Below are positions 9,068-19,221 of a DNA stretch of 64,000 nucleotides, one piece after another. A program made the position numbers and the translations under genes. The first letter of the stretch is position 1. The number at the start of each line of letters is the position of its first letter. Source of the stretch: an uncultured Gemmatimonadales bacterium (GTDB taxonomy: Bacteria; Gemmatimonadota; Gemmatimonadetes; Gemmatimonadales; GWC2-71-9). The notes beneath the pieces are model-generated. The model was given only the letters and a program-made list of their open reading frames with translations, was not told the origin of the DNA and made no database searches. Location: positions 39,060 through 103,059 of the forward strand of contig CAWGSK010000003.1 of the NCBI GenBank assembly GCA_963825055.1, read 5' to 3'.

Positions 9068-10111
9068 ATGAAGCCCCTTCGGATCGCGGTCATACCCGGC
9101 GACGGTATCGGACCGGAGGTGGTCGACGCGGGGCTCGCGGTCCTCCGCCACGCGGCCTCCCTGGACGGGCTCGACCTGGCGGTGGACCGGCAGCCGTGGT
9201 CGGCATCCCACTACCTGGAGACGGGCGAGACCCTGCCGGACCACGCCTTCGAGGCCCTCCGCCGGGATGCCGATGCGATCCTCCTCGGCGCGCTGGGCGA
9301 CCCGCGTGTACCGGGAAATGAGCACGCGCGCGACATCCTCCTCGGCCTCCGGTTCCGGCTCGACCTCTACATCAACTTCCGGCCGGTCACCCTGCTGCAC
9401 CCCCGGCTGTGCCCGCTGAAAGGCGAGCCGGCCATCGACTTCGTGATCTTCCGCGAGAACACCGAGGGGCAGTACCTCGGCCGGGGCCACGGATCCGGCG
9501 AGGGAACCGCAGGCGAGGAACAGGTCGCCGAAGAGCTGCATACACGGAAGGGCGTGGAACGGATCATCCGCGCGGCCTTCGACTGGGCCGCGGCCAATGG
9601 CCGCACGCGGGTCACCATGAGCGACAAGTCGAACGCCATCCCGTTCCAGCGTATCTGGGGACGGGTGTTCCGGGAGGTGGGCGAGGAGTTTCCCGGCATC
9701 GAACAGGAGCATCGGTACGTCGATGCCCTGGCGATGGAGCTGGTTCGCGAACCGGAGCGCTTCCAGGTGATCGTCGCCAACAATCTCTACGGCGACATTC
9801 TCTCCGACCTCGGCGCCGGACTCATCGGCGGGCTCGGCATCTCGGCCAGCGCGAACCTTCATCCCGGCCGGCCCGGCCTGTTCGAACCCGTGCACGGGTC
9901 TGCCCCGCCCCTTGCCGGAAAGGACGTGGCCAATCCGATGGCCACGGTGCTGACCAGCGCCCTCATGCTACGGGACCTGGGCCAGGACGGCACCGCCCGG
10001 AGGCTGGAACAGGCTGTCAGGCAGGTAGTTAAGACTGGGCCGATTCCCGCCGACCTGGGCGGGAAGGCGTCCACCAGCGAGGTGACCCGGGCCCTGGTCG
10101 AGGCCCTTTGA
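9068..10111 (+). CDS. leuB: Isocitrate/isopropylmalate-family dehydrogenase (LeuB or tartrate dehydrogenase-like)
   Basis: PGDGIGPEV, RENTEG, NLYGDILSD, EPVHGSAP. Substrate uncertain; no leuCD nearby. Confidence 0.75.
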   Translation: MKPLRIAVIPGDGIGPEVVDAGLAVLRHAASLDGLDLAVDRQPWSASHYLETGETLPDHAFEALRRDADAILLGALGDPRVPGNEHARDILLGLRFRLDLYINFRPVTLLHPRLCPLKGEPAIDFVIFRENTEGQYLGRGHGSGEGTAGEEQVAEELHTRKGVERIIRAAFDWAAANGRTRVTMSDKSNAIPFQRIWGRVFREVGEEFPGIEQEHRYVDALAMELVREPERFQVIVANNLYGDILSDLGAGLIGGLGISASANLHPGRPGLFEPVHGSAPPLAGKDVANPMATVLTSALMLRDLGQDGTARRLEQAVRQVVKTGPIPADLGGKASTSEVTRALVEAL

Positions 10112-10201
10112 GGGACAACCTGCCCACCAGTTGACTGGCGTCACAGAAATACACCGCAAATGGTTGCACTGTGTGCCCCTGACCATTTTTGGAGGCATAC
10201 C

Positions 10202-10657
10202 ATGAGGTTCGCAATCATGATGGCGTCGGCAGGCCTTCTCGCCGCCTGCGCCTCGAATCCTTCACCGGACATGGAACCCGAGTCAGGGGCCACGGTCGCC
10301 ACCTCTCCCGAACCCCCGGCCACGGGCCAGCCCATCCTGACCCACGCATTCACCCAGGGGTCCAGCGATTTCGTGCGGCTCGACATGAAGAAGGGGATGA
10401 CCTATCGCGCCGAGCTGGACCAGCCGGGTGTACAGCTCACGATTGACCCGATCGGCGCCGGTACGCCCCGGCCATACGTGGCTCCGCTCATGTCGGGTGT
10501 CGGGGCCTCCGGCGGCTCCACCTACCAGATCCGGCCGGCGGCTGACGGCGTTTACCAGATACGGACCGTCGGTCCGTCCGGGGCGCACACCGCAACCCTG
10601 ACCGTGTACGAGGCGCCTGCGCGCCGGAAAGCCCCGGCGGACAGTTCAGGGATGTAG
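10202..10657 (+). CDS. Hypothetical lipoprotein
   Basis: [23 protein letters not shown] lipobox. Confidence 0.75.
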   Translation: MRFAIMMASAGLLAACASNPSPDMEPESGATVATSPEPPATGQPILTHAFTQGSSDFVRLDMKKGMTYRAELDQPGVQLTIDPIGAGTPRPYVAPLMSGVGASGGSTYQIRPAADGVYQIRTVGPSGAHTATLTVYEAPARRKAPADSSGM

Positions 10658-10670
10658 AACAGGAGAACCG

Positions 10671-11072
10671 ATGACAGACCGGGCAACGAAAGCTGAGCAG
10701 GACTGGGCCGGCAAGCTGTCCCCCGAGGAGTACCGGATCACCCGCCAGAAGGGCACCGAGCGGGCTTTCAGCGGCCGGTACTGGGACACGAAGGAACCGG
10801 GGACATACCGCTGCGTATGCTGCGGGAATCCCCTCTTCTCCTCGGAGACGAAATACGATTCGGGCACCGGCTGGCCCAGCTTCACCGATGTCGCCACCCC
10901 GGAGAGCGTGCGATCGGAGGAAGACCACACCCTCTTCATGCGGCGCACCGAAGTCCTTTGCCGGCAGTGCGACGCCCACCTCGGACACGTCTTCCCCGAC
11001 GGCCCGGGCCCGAACGGGCTCAGGTACTGCATCAATTCGGCATCGCTGAAGCTGGAAAAGGACGGGGAGTAG
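10671..11072 (+). CDS. msrB: Peptide-methionine (R)-S-oxide reductase
   Basis: [30 protein letters not shown]. Confidence 0.96.
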   Translation: MTDRATKAEQDWAGKLSPEEYRITRQKGTERAFSGRYWDTKEPGTYRCVCCGNPLFSSETKYDSGTGWPSFTDVATPESVRSEEDHTLFMRRTEVLCRQCDAHLGHVFPDGPGPNGLRYCINSASLKLEKDGE

Positions 11073-11234
11073 GCAGAGGCAGGAGGCAGTAGGGCATACC
11101 GCCACTGCCCATCGCCCACCTGGCGGCTGCCTGCTGCCAATTTGCCGACTGCCGACTCCCGACTCCCGACTGCCGACTATCCCTACTCCCTACTCCCTAC
11201 TCCCTACTCCCCTCTGCCCTCTGCCTTTTCTGCC
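11071..11234. repeat. Heptamer tandem-repeat cluster
   Basis: AGGCAG-rich run after the msrB stop; (T[GC]CCGAC)x5 at 11143-11177; (TCCCTAC)x4 at 11180-11207; TGCCCTC-like tail. Confidence 0.85.
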
Positions 11235-11288
11235 CCATCCGGTGCCCCCATCCCCCCATGTATATTCCAGATTCACCAGCAACGAGAC

Positions 11289-12515
11289 ATGACAGGCATG
11301 AAAACCCAGGGACAACAGAAGGACGTGCTCTTCCTCTCGGGCGTCCGCACCGGCTTCGGCTCGTTCGGCGGCACGCTCAAGGACTTCACCGCCACCGATC
11401 TCGGCACCATCGCGGCGGCAGGCGCGCTCGAGCGCTCGGGGGTGGCCCCCGGCGATATCGATCACGTCGTGTTCGGGAACGCACTCCAGACCTCCGCGGA
11501 TGCCATTTACCTGGCCCGGCACGTGGGCCTCCGGGCCGGCCTCCCCATCGAGACCCCGGCCGTCACGGTCAACCGCCTGTGCGGCAGCGGCTTCGAGAGC
11601 ATCATCCAGGGCGCCCAGCAGATCCTGCTGGGTGAGTCCGACATTGTCCTGGCGGGCGGGGCCGAGTCGATGAGCCAGGCCCCGCACGTCGTGCGTGGTG
11701 CCCGCTGGGGACTCCGTCTCGGGCCGGCACCGCCGTTCGAGGACCTGCTCTGGGAGTCGCTCAAGGATCCGCAGTGCGGATTCTCCATGGCGGAAACGGC
11801 CGAGAACCTCGCGGACAAGCACGGTATCAGCCGGGAGGCAGTGGACGCCTATGCCCTCCGGAGCCAGCAGGCAGCGCGTGATGCCTGGGCCGAGGGTCGC
11901 TACGCCGACGAGGTCATCGAGGTACCGGTGAAGAATCGCCGGACGAAACAGACCGAGGGGTGGGCGGCCGACGAGCACATGCGCCCGGAGACCACCGCGG
12001 AAGGCCTTGCCAGGCTCCCCCCGTACTTCAAGAAGGATGGCGTCGTCACGGCCGGGAATGCCTCCGGCATCTGTGATGGCGCGGCGGCGGTGGTGATCGC
12101 CGGTGAGGATGTCGCGGCGAAACACGGCGCGCCGATCGGGCGTCTGGTCGCGTGGGCGGTGGCCGGGGTCGAGCCGAAGTTCATGGGCATCGGTCCGGTA
12201 CCGGCAGCGCGGAAGGCCCTCGCGAAAGCGGGCATGTCGCTCGACCAGATGGACCTGGTCGAGGTGAACGAGGCCTTCTCCGCCCAGTACCTGGCCGTGG
12301 AGCGCGAACTGGGCCTGGACCGCGAGCGCACCAACGTGGACGGGGGCGCGATCGCAATCGGGCACCCGCTCGCCGCCACCGGGAGCCGGATCACCCTGCA
12401 CCTGCTGCATGCGCTCAGGCGGCGGGGCCAGCGCTACGGGCTCGGGAGCGCCTGCATCGGCGGCGGCCAGGGCGCGGCGGTGATCGTCGAAGCCTTCCCC
12501 AGCCAGGAGTCCTGA
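11289..12515 (+). CDS. Acetyl-CoA C-acyltransferase (thiolase)
   Basis: [34 protein letters not shown]. Confidence 0.95.
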   Translation: MTGMKTQGQQKDVLFLSGVRTGFGSFGGTLKDFTATDLGTIAAAGALERSGVAPGDIDHVVFGNALQTSADAIYLARHVGLRAGLPIETPAVTVNRLCGSGFESIIQGAQQILLGESDIVLAGGAESMSQAPHVVRGARWGLRLGPAPPFEDLLWESLKDPQCGFSMAETAENLADKHGISREAVDAYALRSQQAARDAWAEGRYADEVIEVPVKNRRTKQTEGWAADEHMRPETTAEGLARLPPYFKKDGVVTAGNASGICDGAAAVVIAGEDVAAKHGAPIGRLVAWAVAGVEPKFMGIGPVPAARKALAKAGMSLDQMDLVEVNEAFSAQYLAVERELGLDRERTNVDGGAIAIGHPLAATGSRITLHLLHALRRRGQRYGLGSACIGGGQGAAVIVEAFPSQES

Positions 12516-12516
12516 C

Positions 12517-13377
12517 ATGGAAGTCCTACTTGGCGTGCTGGGTGTCGTCGCAGCCTACTCGTTCGCGAGCCTCAGGGTCATCAAGCAGTACGAGCGCGCC
12601 GTCACCTTCTTCCTGGGCCGGTACTGGGGGACAAAGGGGCCGGGGCTGATATTCGTCCCGGCCCTGATCGCCAACCAGCGGCGGGTGTCGCTCCGGATCA
12701 TGGCACTCGACATCCCGCCGCAGGACGTCATTACCCGGGACAACGTCTCGGTGAAGGTGAACGCCGTCCTGTACATGAAGGTGAGTGACCCGGGTCGCGC
12801 GGTGATCGAGATCGAGGATTACCGCTACGCCTGCAGCCAGCTGGCCCAGACGACTCTCCGGTCGGTCCTGGGCGAGGTGGAGCTGGACGAACTGCTGGCC
12901 GACCGTGAGAAGATCAACGGCATCCTCAAGCGGATCATCGACGAACGCACCGATCCCTGGGGCATCGAGGTGTCCGCGGTCGAGGTGAAGGACGTGGATC
13001 TGCCGACGGAAATGAAGCGCGCCATGGCGCGGCAGGCCGAAGCCGAGCGGGAACGTCGCGCCAAGGTGATCGCGGCGCAGGGCGAGCTGCAGGCAAGCCA
13101 GACCCTCGCGGATGCCGCGCGGACCCTCGCCCAGGAGCCGAGCGCGATCCAGTTGCGCTACCTGCAGACGGTCACCGAGATCGCCGCGGAGAACAACTCC
13201 ACCACGATATTCCCGATCCCCATCGACCTGTTCAAGCCGTTCATGAAGATGGCCGAACAGATGAGCGAGAAATCCGGGGGCGCCCCGGCCCTGCCCTCGG
13301 GCGCGGAGTCGATGACCCTCCCGCGCTTCGCGACGGAAGGTGCAGCCGAGCCCGCGCGCCGGAAGTCACAGGACTGA
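12517..13377 (+). CDS. SPFH/stomatin-like (slipin) membrane protein
   Basis: N-terminal [39 protein letters not shown]. Confidence 0.93.
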   Translation: MEVLLGVLGVVAAYSFASLRVIKQYERAVTFFLGRYWGTKGPGLIFVPALIANQRRVSLRIMALDIPPQDVITRDNVSVKVNAVLYMKVSDPGRAVIEIEDYRYACSQLAQTTLRSVLGEVELDELLADREKINGILKRIIDERTDPWGIEVSAVEVKDVDLPTEMKRAMARQAEAERERRAKVIAAQGELQASQTLADAARTLAQEPSAIQLRYLQTVTEIAAENNSTTIFPIPIDLFKPFMKMAEQMSEKSGGAPALPSGAESMTLPRFATEGAAEPARRKSQD

Positions 13378-13381
13378 GCCG

Positions 13382-14203
13382 ATGGCGGGCGGGCTCCCAG
13401 CGCGCATCAACCGGGACGCGCTCGAGCGCATCATCCAGCGCGCGGCCGAGCTCCAGACCGGTAACCGGGAAATCGGCGATGCGCTGACGCCCGAGGAAGT
13501 CATCGCGCTCGGGCGTGATGTCGGCATCCCCGAGGGTTACCTCCGCCAGGCGATGCTCGAGGAGCAGACCCGGACCGAGGTTATCCCCGGTTCCGGGATC
13601 CTCGATCACTGGGTCGGCGTGCCGGAATGCGCCGCCGAGCGTGTGCTCGCCGGGACGGTGGAAGGCCTCGAGGACACTCTCCTCCGGTGGATGGCCGAGG
13701 AGGAGACCCTGACCGTCCAGCGCCACACGCCCGGTCGCATCACCTGGGAACCCCTGACCGACTTTCAGGCCCACATGCGGCGCGCGTTCCGGTCCGGTCG
13801 GCGCCCCTTCATGCTGATCAAGGCCGACATCGTGACGGCGACGCTCTCGCCGCTGGAAACCGGCTACGTGCACGTCGCGCTCCGTGCAACCGCGCTGAAG
13901 CAGCGCAGCGCCTGGGTGGGCGGCAGCGCCGCGCTCGCGACCGGAGGGATTGCGGCGGCTGGAATCATGACGGCGCTCGGTGCATTCCTCCCCGTCGCCC
14001 TCGCCCCCATCGTGGTGATGTCCGCCCTCGGATACGGGGTCGGCCGCCAGTATCGCCGCGTCCCCCAGCGGCTGCAACTCGGGCTGGAGCGAATCCTGGA
14101 CCAGCTTGAGCGCGGCACCATCCGCGCCAGGCATGAACTCCCCAGGCGATCCCCCGGCGTCCTCGGCATCATCGAGGAAGTCCGGAAGGCCCTGAACCCC
14201 TGA
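13382..14203 (+). CDS. Hypothetical membrane protein (helical N-domain, two C-terminal TM segments)
   Basis: Fills the gap in the operon; ALERIIQRAAELQ...LTPEEVIALGRDVGIP; hydrophobic pair near the C-terminus. Confidence 0.75.
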   Translation: MAGGLPARINRDALERIIQRAAELQTGNREIGDALTPEEVIALGRDVGIPEGYLRQAMLEEQTRTEVIPGSGILDHWVGVPECAAERVLAGTVEGLEDTLLRWMAEEETLTVQRHTPGRITWEPLTDFQAHMRRAFRSGRRPFMLIKADIVTATLSPLETGYVHVALRATALKQRSAWVGGSAALATGGIAAAGIMTALGAFLPVALAPIVVMSALGYGVGRQYRRVPQRLQLGLERILDQLERGTIRARHELPRRSPGVLGIIEEVRKALNP

Positions 14204-14221
14204 CACGACGAGTGAAATCGC

Positions 14222-15109
14222 ATGGCTGAAATCAAGAAGGTCGGCGTCCTTGGCTGCGGTCTCATGGGCAGCGGCATCGCCCAGGTCGCGGCCGCGGCCG
14301 GGTATGAAACCGTGGTCCGCGAAGTCGCCCAGGCGCCCCTGGACAAGGGCCGGGCGGGGATCACAAAATCCCTCGACAAGTTCGTCGAGAAGGGCAAGCT
14401 GGTCCAGGCGGACCGGGACGCGACCCTGGGCCGGCTGTCCTTCGTGACGGACCTGAAGGCGCTGGCCGACTGCGACATCGTCATCGAGGCAGTGACCGAA
14501 GACCTGGAACTCAAGAACGGCATGTGGAAGGAGCTTGATGGACTGTGTCCGGAGCACACCATCTTCGCGTCGAACACCTCGAGCCTGACCATCGCGGCGA
14601 TGGCCGCCGCCACATCCCGCGCGGACCGCTTCGTGGGCCTCCACTTCTTCAACCCCGTCCCGCTCATGAAGCTGGTCGAGGTGGTTCGCACGGTCACGAC
14701 GAGCCCGGCCGCGTTCGACCGCGCGCTGGCCTTCGCGAAAAGCCTGGGGAAGGAGGCCGTCGCGGCGAAGGACAACTCGGGTTTCATCGTGAACCTGCTC
14801 CTGGTGCCGTACCTCCTCGACGCCATTCGCGCCCTGGAGCACGGAGTCGGCAGCATCGTGGACATCGACAACGCCATGAAACTCGGATGCGGATACCCGA
14901 TGGGACCGCTCACCCTGCTCGACTTCGTGGGCAACGACACGACGTACAAGATCGCGGAGATCATGTTCGACGAATACCGGGAGGCGCGGTACGCGCCGCC
15001 CCCGCTGCTCAAGCGTATGGTTCTGGCTGGCTACTACGGACGGAAGAGCGGCCGGGGGTTCTACGATTACGCGGGTGACCAGCCGGCACCGATGGACCTC
15101 GGGCTCTGA
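14222..15109 (+). CDS. hbd: 3-hydroxybutyryl-CoA dehydrogenase
   Basis: GCGLMGSGIA, ASNTSS, GLHFFNP, GYPMGP, GRKSGRGFY. Confidence 0.93.
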   Translation: MAEIKKVGVLGCGLMGSGIAQVAAAAGYETVVREVAQAPLDKGRAGITKSLDKFVEKGKLVQADRDATLGRLSFVTDLKALADCDIVIEAVTEDLELKNGMWKELDGLCPEHTIFASNTSSLTIAAMAAATSRADRFVGLHFFNPVPLMKLVEVVRTVTTSPAAFDRALAFAKSLGKEAVAAKDNSGFIVNLLLVPYLLDAIRALEHGVGSIVDIDNAMKLGCGYPMGPLTLLDFVGNDTTYKIAEIMFDEYREARYAPPPLLKRMVLAGYYGRKSGRGFYDYAGDQPAPMDLGL

Positions 15110-15606
15110 GACAGCAACAGGCGTCATCCGCCCGTTTCACCCTGGCTCTCGTGGCCGTGCTGGCCGCGTGCCAGCCGGCCACAACCCGGCCGACCTACAC
15201 GCCCTTCCCGCAGGACGTCGCCCTCGCCCTGCACCTGCCCGTCGACAGTGCCACCCGGGCCATCACGGACGCCCTGCGGGCGGACAGCATCCCCGTGGCC
15301 CGCAGCGCCCCCCGGGACGGCTACGTGGAGACCCCGTGGTTCGACGCCATGACGCTGCGTCCCGCGGGTGACCGCAGTTTCGGTGCGGGCCACGTGCGGA
15401 TCCGTGCCTGGATCGATCCGACCCGACCACGGGAATCCGAGGCCCGGATCGAGGGAGTGTACCGCCCCCTGGCGGATCCGTCTCTCCCTGGGCGCGAGCT
15501 GGAGAAACCGCTGCCCGCCGGCCATCCGGTGGCGCTGCGTCTCGCGGCGATCATCCGGACCCTGCTCGAGGAACATGGCGAGCTGCCCCCATCCGCAGGG
15601 ACCTGA
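15106..15606 (+). CDS. Hypothetical lipoprotein (probable CTG start)
   Basis: CTG overlapping the hbd TGA gives a full signal peptide RQQQASSARFTLALVAVLAAC; GTG 15151 would leave too short a signal. Confidence 0.65.
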   Translation: MRQQQASSARFTLALVAVLAACQPATTRPTYTPFPQDVALALHLPVDSATRAITDALRADSIPVARSAPRDGYVETPWFDAMTLRPAGDRSFGAGHVRIRAWIDPTRPRESEARIEGVYRPLADPSLPGRELEKPLPAGHPVALRLAAIIRTLLEEHGELPPSAGT

Positions 15607-18525
15607 TCAGCCGGCCTTGCGTCTCCGAGCGCCCGCAGCTGGCACCGCGAGCCGGTGGTCATCGCGCAGCAGGGTCGAAAAGACCTCGGCGGTCACCGGC
15701 CGCGCGAAGAGATAGCCCTGGACCTCTTCGCAGCCCTGCGCCGAGAGGAACGCGAGTTGTTCCAGCGTCTCCACCCCTTCCGCAATGACGTGCAGGTCCA
15801 TGGCGTGGGCCATCGCGATGATGGCCGACGCGATCGCGGTGTGCTCGGCGTCGTCGGGCACGCCGCAGACGAACGACCGGTCGACCTTCAGCGTGTCCAG
15901 CGGGAAGTGCTTGAGGTAGCTGAGGGAGGAATAGCCCGTCCCGAAATCGTCGATCGAAAGCCGGACCCCCATCGCCTTGAAGGCATTGAGGGTGGCGATG
16001 TTCTCGTCAACCTGCTGCATCAGGATGCTCTCGGTCAGCTCCAGTTCCAGCGAGGCCGGGTCCAGTCGGGTGTCCCGGAGCGTCCGCCGGACCATGTCGA
16101 TCAGGTCGCGCTGGCGGAACTGGCGGCTCGAGAGGTTGACGGCCACACGCACCGGGGGCAACCCGGCCTCGCGCCACGCCTGCGACTGGGCGCAGGCGGT
16201 CCGGAGGATCCACTCGCCGAGCGGGGCGATGAGGCCGGTTTCCTCCGCAAGGGGAATGAACGACAGCGGCGAGACGAGCCCGAGCCGGGGATGCTGCCAG
16301 CGGACCAGCGCCTCCATGCCGACAATGCGTCCCGTGGCCAGGTCCGCGAGCGGCTGGTAATGCATGACGAACTCCTTCCGCTCGATCCCGTGGCGGAGTT
16401 CGTTCTCCAGCGTCAGGCGGGTCAGGGCCATCTCGTTCATGGACCGTGAGTACATCTGGAAGTTGTTCCGGCCCTGCTGCTTGGCGTGGTACATGGCGCT
16501 GTCGGCGTTCTTCAGCAGGCCCTCGATATCGTCGCCGTCATCGGGGAATACCGCGATCCCGATGCTGGCGGTCACGAACACCTCCTGTCCCCCGAGCGCG
16601 AAGGGTTCGCTGAACGTCTGCAGCAGGCGCTGGGCCACTCGCGCGGCCGCCTGGGGCTCATGGATATCGGGAAGAATGATCGTGAATTCGTCACCGCCGA
16701 GCCGGGCGACGCTGGTCTGCTGGCGGACCTTCCCCCGCCCCACCTCATCGCTGGTGCGGCAGCAGGCGGAAATCCGGCTGGCGACGTCCCGTACGAGCTG
16801 GTCCCCGAGGTCATGGCCCAGCGTGTCGTTGATCCGGCCGAAATGGTCCAGGTCGAGGAAGAACACCGCGACCTGCAGGCGCTCACGGCGTGCGCGCGCC
16901 AGTGCCTGCTGCAGGCGCTCACGGTTGAGTACGCGGTTCGGCAGGTGGGTGAGGCTGTCGTAATAGGCCAGGAACCTGACCTGGTCAAGCATGCGCACGT
17001 TGGAGAGCGCCACCGCCACCTGGTCGGCAATGCCGCGCGCGTGCTCGAGATCTTCCGGCATGGTCGGCATCGTGTTCGCATTGCCAAGCACGATGACGCC
17101 GGAGAGCTCGTCCTTCACGATCAGGGGCAGGAGCACGAAGGACCGTGCGCCGGCCGCCGCGGGAACCGCGAGATATTCCGGGCTCCTCTGGCTGTCCTCG
17201 GGGAGCAGGACGATCATGCGCGGGTTGCGCTCGAGGAACTTCCGGTCCCCTTCCGTCAGGCTGCAGGGAGACTCCGAGGTATCGGCCTGGGGTCCGGCGA
17301 TGCGCGTAAAGGTCCGCGCCAGTGACGCCTCACCCGGGTCGAGCATGGTCACCGCGACCACGTCGCACGGATATACCTCACGCAGGCGCGACAGGACCGT
17401 ATCGATGATGTGTGACGTGTCCAGCGCGGAAAGAATCGCGCGATCGATCGCCGCCCCGGTGCGAAGCGCGCTGAACTGGCGACCCAGTCGCGTCGCCATG
17501 GCATTGAAGGCGTCGCCCAGTTCCTCGAATTCGTCCCGGCTCCGGATGGTGACCCGACTCTCGAAATCCCGGCCCGCGATGCGACGGGTGCCGTGCTGCA
17601 GGGCACGAAGCGGCCCGAGGCCGCGGCGGATCTGGCGCACGCCCATGAGCATCACCACCCACAGGCAGAGCAGCAGCAGCAGGATGAAGTTGCGACGGAA
17701 TGAGGCCAGAGGCGCGAAGATGTCGGCCTGCGACTCGCTCACCACCAGCGTCCACCGCGGGGCGAAGAAGGAGCTCTTGAGGGGCACCGACCACCAGGTG
17801 GCACGATGGGCACCGCCCTCGCCGATCCACTCGAAGGTGCCGCTCGGCGACCGCCCAATCGCACTCACATGTTCAGAGGCGAAGGCGGAAGGGGCATCCA
17901 CCGAGCGAAACAGCACGCGATTGTCACTGTCGAGCACCGCCAGCTGCATGGACGCGGACACGACGTTCTGCTGCGGGAGTCCCCAGAGCTGATCCTGGTT
18001 GAGCAGTGCCACGATCGTGCCCAGTTCGGGGCGATCCTCCGCCACCCGCCGGACCATGAACAGCAGCCGGCGACCATCCGTGGCGTCCACCGTGGTGATC
18101 AGCGTGCGACCAAGTCGCACATGGCCCAGTTCATTCCTGGTCAGCGTGGGAACCGTGTCGACAAACCCGGACAGCGGGATCTCCGTCCCGTACGAGGAAA
18201 CGATACTCACGCCGCTGAACCAGCGATCGCTCTGCTCGTCGAGGCCGGGGAGCCGGCGGGCTCCCGCCTTCTTGAGCAGTTCCTCCGGACGGAGGCGGCG
18301 CAATTCCGCATCGAGGAATGTCAGGCGGTCATACACCGCCATCCCGATGGACCGGGTGGCCTGGGTGAGTCGCGCCTGGCTCTGCTCGTCCAGTTGCCGC
18401 CTCACCTGCCGGAAGGACAGTATGGCCAGGATCGTGAGGGGAACGATGGTGCACGTCACGAACATGAAGAGCAGGCGGCGGCCAAAACGGCTCCGCACGA
18501 CGTAACGGCTCAGCAACCCCGCCAC
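15607..18525 (-). CDS. Membrane sensor diguanylate cyclase/phosphodiesterase (periplasmic Cache-like, HAMP, GAF, GGDEF, EAL)
   Basis: Two TMs, HAMP (RDEFEELGDAFNAM), YDSLTHLPNR, RLGGDEF, EALVRW, DDFGTGYSS, EGVE. Confidence 0.93.
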   Translation of the reverse strand: MAGLLSRYVVRSRFGRRLLFMFVTCTIVPLTILAILSFRQVRRQLDEQSQARLTQATRSIGMAVYDRLTFLDAELRRLRPEELLKKAGARRLPGLDEQSDRWFSGVSIVSSYGTEIPLSGFVDTVPTLTRNELGHVRLGRTLITTVDATDGRRLLFMVRRVAEDRPELGTIVALLNQDQLWGLPQQNVVSASMQLAVLDSDNRVLFRSVDAPSAFASEHVSAIGRSPSGTFEWIGEGGAHRATWWSVPLKSSFFAPRWTLVVSESQADIFAPLASFRRNFILLLLLCLWVVMLMGVRQIRRGLGPLRALQHGTRRIAGRDFESRVTIRSRDEFEELGDAFNAMATRLGRQFSALRTGAAIDRAILSALDTSHIIDTVLSRLREVYPCDVVAVTMLDPGEASLARTFTRIAGPQADTSESPCSLTEGDRKFLERNPRMIVLLPEDSQRSPEYLAVPAAAGARSFVLLPLIVKDELSGVIVLGNANTMPTMPEDLEHARGIADQVAVALSNVRMLDQVRFLAYYDSLTHLPNRVLNRERLQQALARARRERLQVAVFFLDLDHFGRINDTLGHDLGDQLVRDVASRISACCRTSDEVGRGKVRQQTSVARLGGDEFTIILPDIHEPQAAARVAQRLLQTFSEPFALGGQEVFVTASIGIAVFPDDGDDIEGLLKNADSAMYHAKQQGRNNFQMYSRSMNEMALTRLTLENELRHGIERKEFVMHYQPLADLATGRIVGMEALVRWQHPRLGLVSPLSFIPLAEETGLIAPLGEWILRTACAQSQAWREAGLPPVRVAVNLSSRQFRQRDLIDMVRRTLRDTRLDPASLELELTESILMQQVDENIATLNAFKAMGVRLSIDDFGTGYSSLSYLKHFPLDTLKVDRSFVCGVPDDAEHTAIASAIIAMAHAMDLHVIAEGVETLEQLAFLSAQGCEEVQGYLFARPVTAEVFSTLLRDDHRLAVPAAGARRRKAG

Positions 18526-18526
18526 G

Positions 18527-19030
18527 TCAGTAGTCCCGTGCGAGGCCGAAGAAGGCGCCGCTCCCGGCCCGGACGATGTCGTCCAGGCTTTCCGCCGCGG
18601 TTACCAGCTGGGCTGACCGGCCGTCCGGGCCCGAGCTGTAGAGGTCGTAGTCTGAATTGAGCGGATAGCGGAACTTGTCGGCCCGGGGTGGCAGCCGGCG
18701 GTCGGCCAGGCGGCGGTAGACGTATGGCCGATCCCAGGGGTCGCGGAGCCCGGCCATCCCGATCGCATCCAGGTCGGCCGGAGGCCGGCCGCGGCTCATC
18801 GAGTAGGAGACGAGCCGGGCCTCGATATCGCGAAGGTCATGAAGTGCGTGGCGCACCTCCCGCTCCCGGCGATAGGCCCGCATTCCCGGCACGGTGATGG
18901 CCGCCAGCGTCCCGGCGATGGCGATGACCAGGACCACCTCGAGAACGGTGAACCCCAGGAGCACGGGACCCGCCAGGGAATCGATCCACCTTCGAGACCG
19001 ATTCTTTTCGCCGAACCCCGGCTGGTCCAT
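18527..19030 (-). CDS. Prepilin/GspG-like pseudopilin
   Basis: G|FTVLEVVLVIAIAG cleavage/methylation motif with Glu5; DPWDRPYVY; YDLYSSGPDG. Confidence 0.85.
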   Translation of the reverse strand: MDQPGFGEKNRSRRWIDSLAGPVLLGFTVLEVVLVIAIAGTLAAITVPGMRAYRREREVRHALHDLRDIEARLVSYSMSRGRPPADLDAIGMAGLRDPWDRPYVYRRLADRRLPPRADKFRYPLNSDYDLYSSGPDGRSAQLVTAAESLDDIVRAGSGAFFGLARDY

Positions 19031-19084
19031 TCCACCCCCCTGAGCGTTCAGTGCACGGCCACTTCGCTTGCATACACCCAGCAA

Positions 19085-19100
19085 AGCAATGACCATGCCC
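19085..19100 (-). promoter_or_regulatory. Sigma54 -24/-12 promoter for the pseudopilin/GGDEF-EAL operon
   Basis: Minus strand GGGCATGGTCATTGCT, 55 nt before the ATG. IHF-like CAACAGTGACTTA just upstream (about 19129-19141). Confidence 0.6.
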
Positions 19101-19221
19101 CCGGGGGGCAGTTTTCCAAGACATTGTACAACAGTGACTTAGGGAGAGTGCCACAGCCGGATGGAGGGATGCCACCGTGGGGTTCTGCGAGAGGGGAGTT
19201 CCCGGGCGGACCGGACGGCGA

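Noticed and set aside
10671..11072. MsrB as a selenoprotein
   Set aside because: The catalytic residue is Cys (RYCINS, codon TGC).
11142..11288. ORF-track N-terminal extensions such as PTADSRLPTADYPYSLLPT (also 47427 and 58887)
   Set aside because: These are translations of heptamer repeats; family homology starts at the downstream ATGs.
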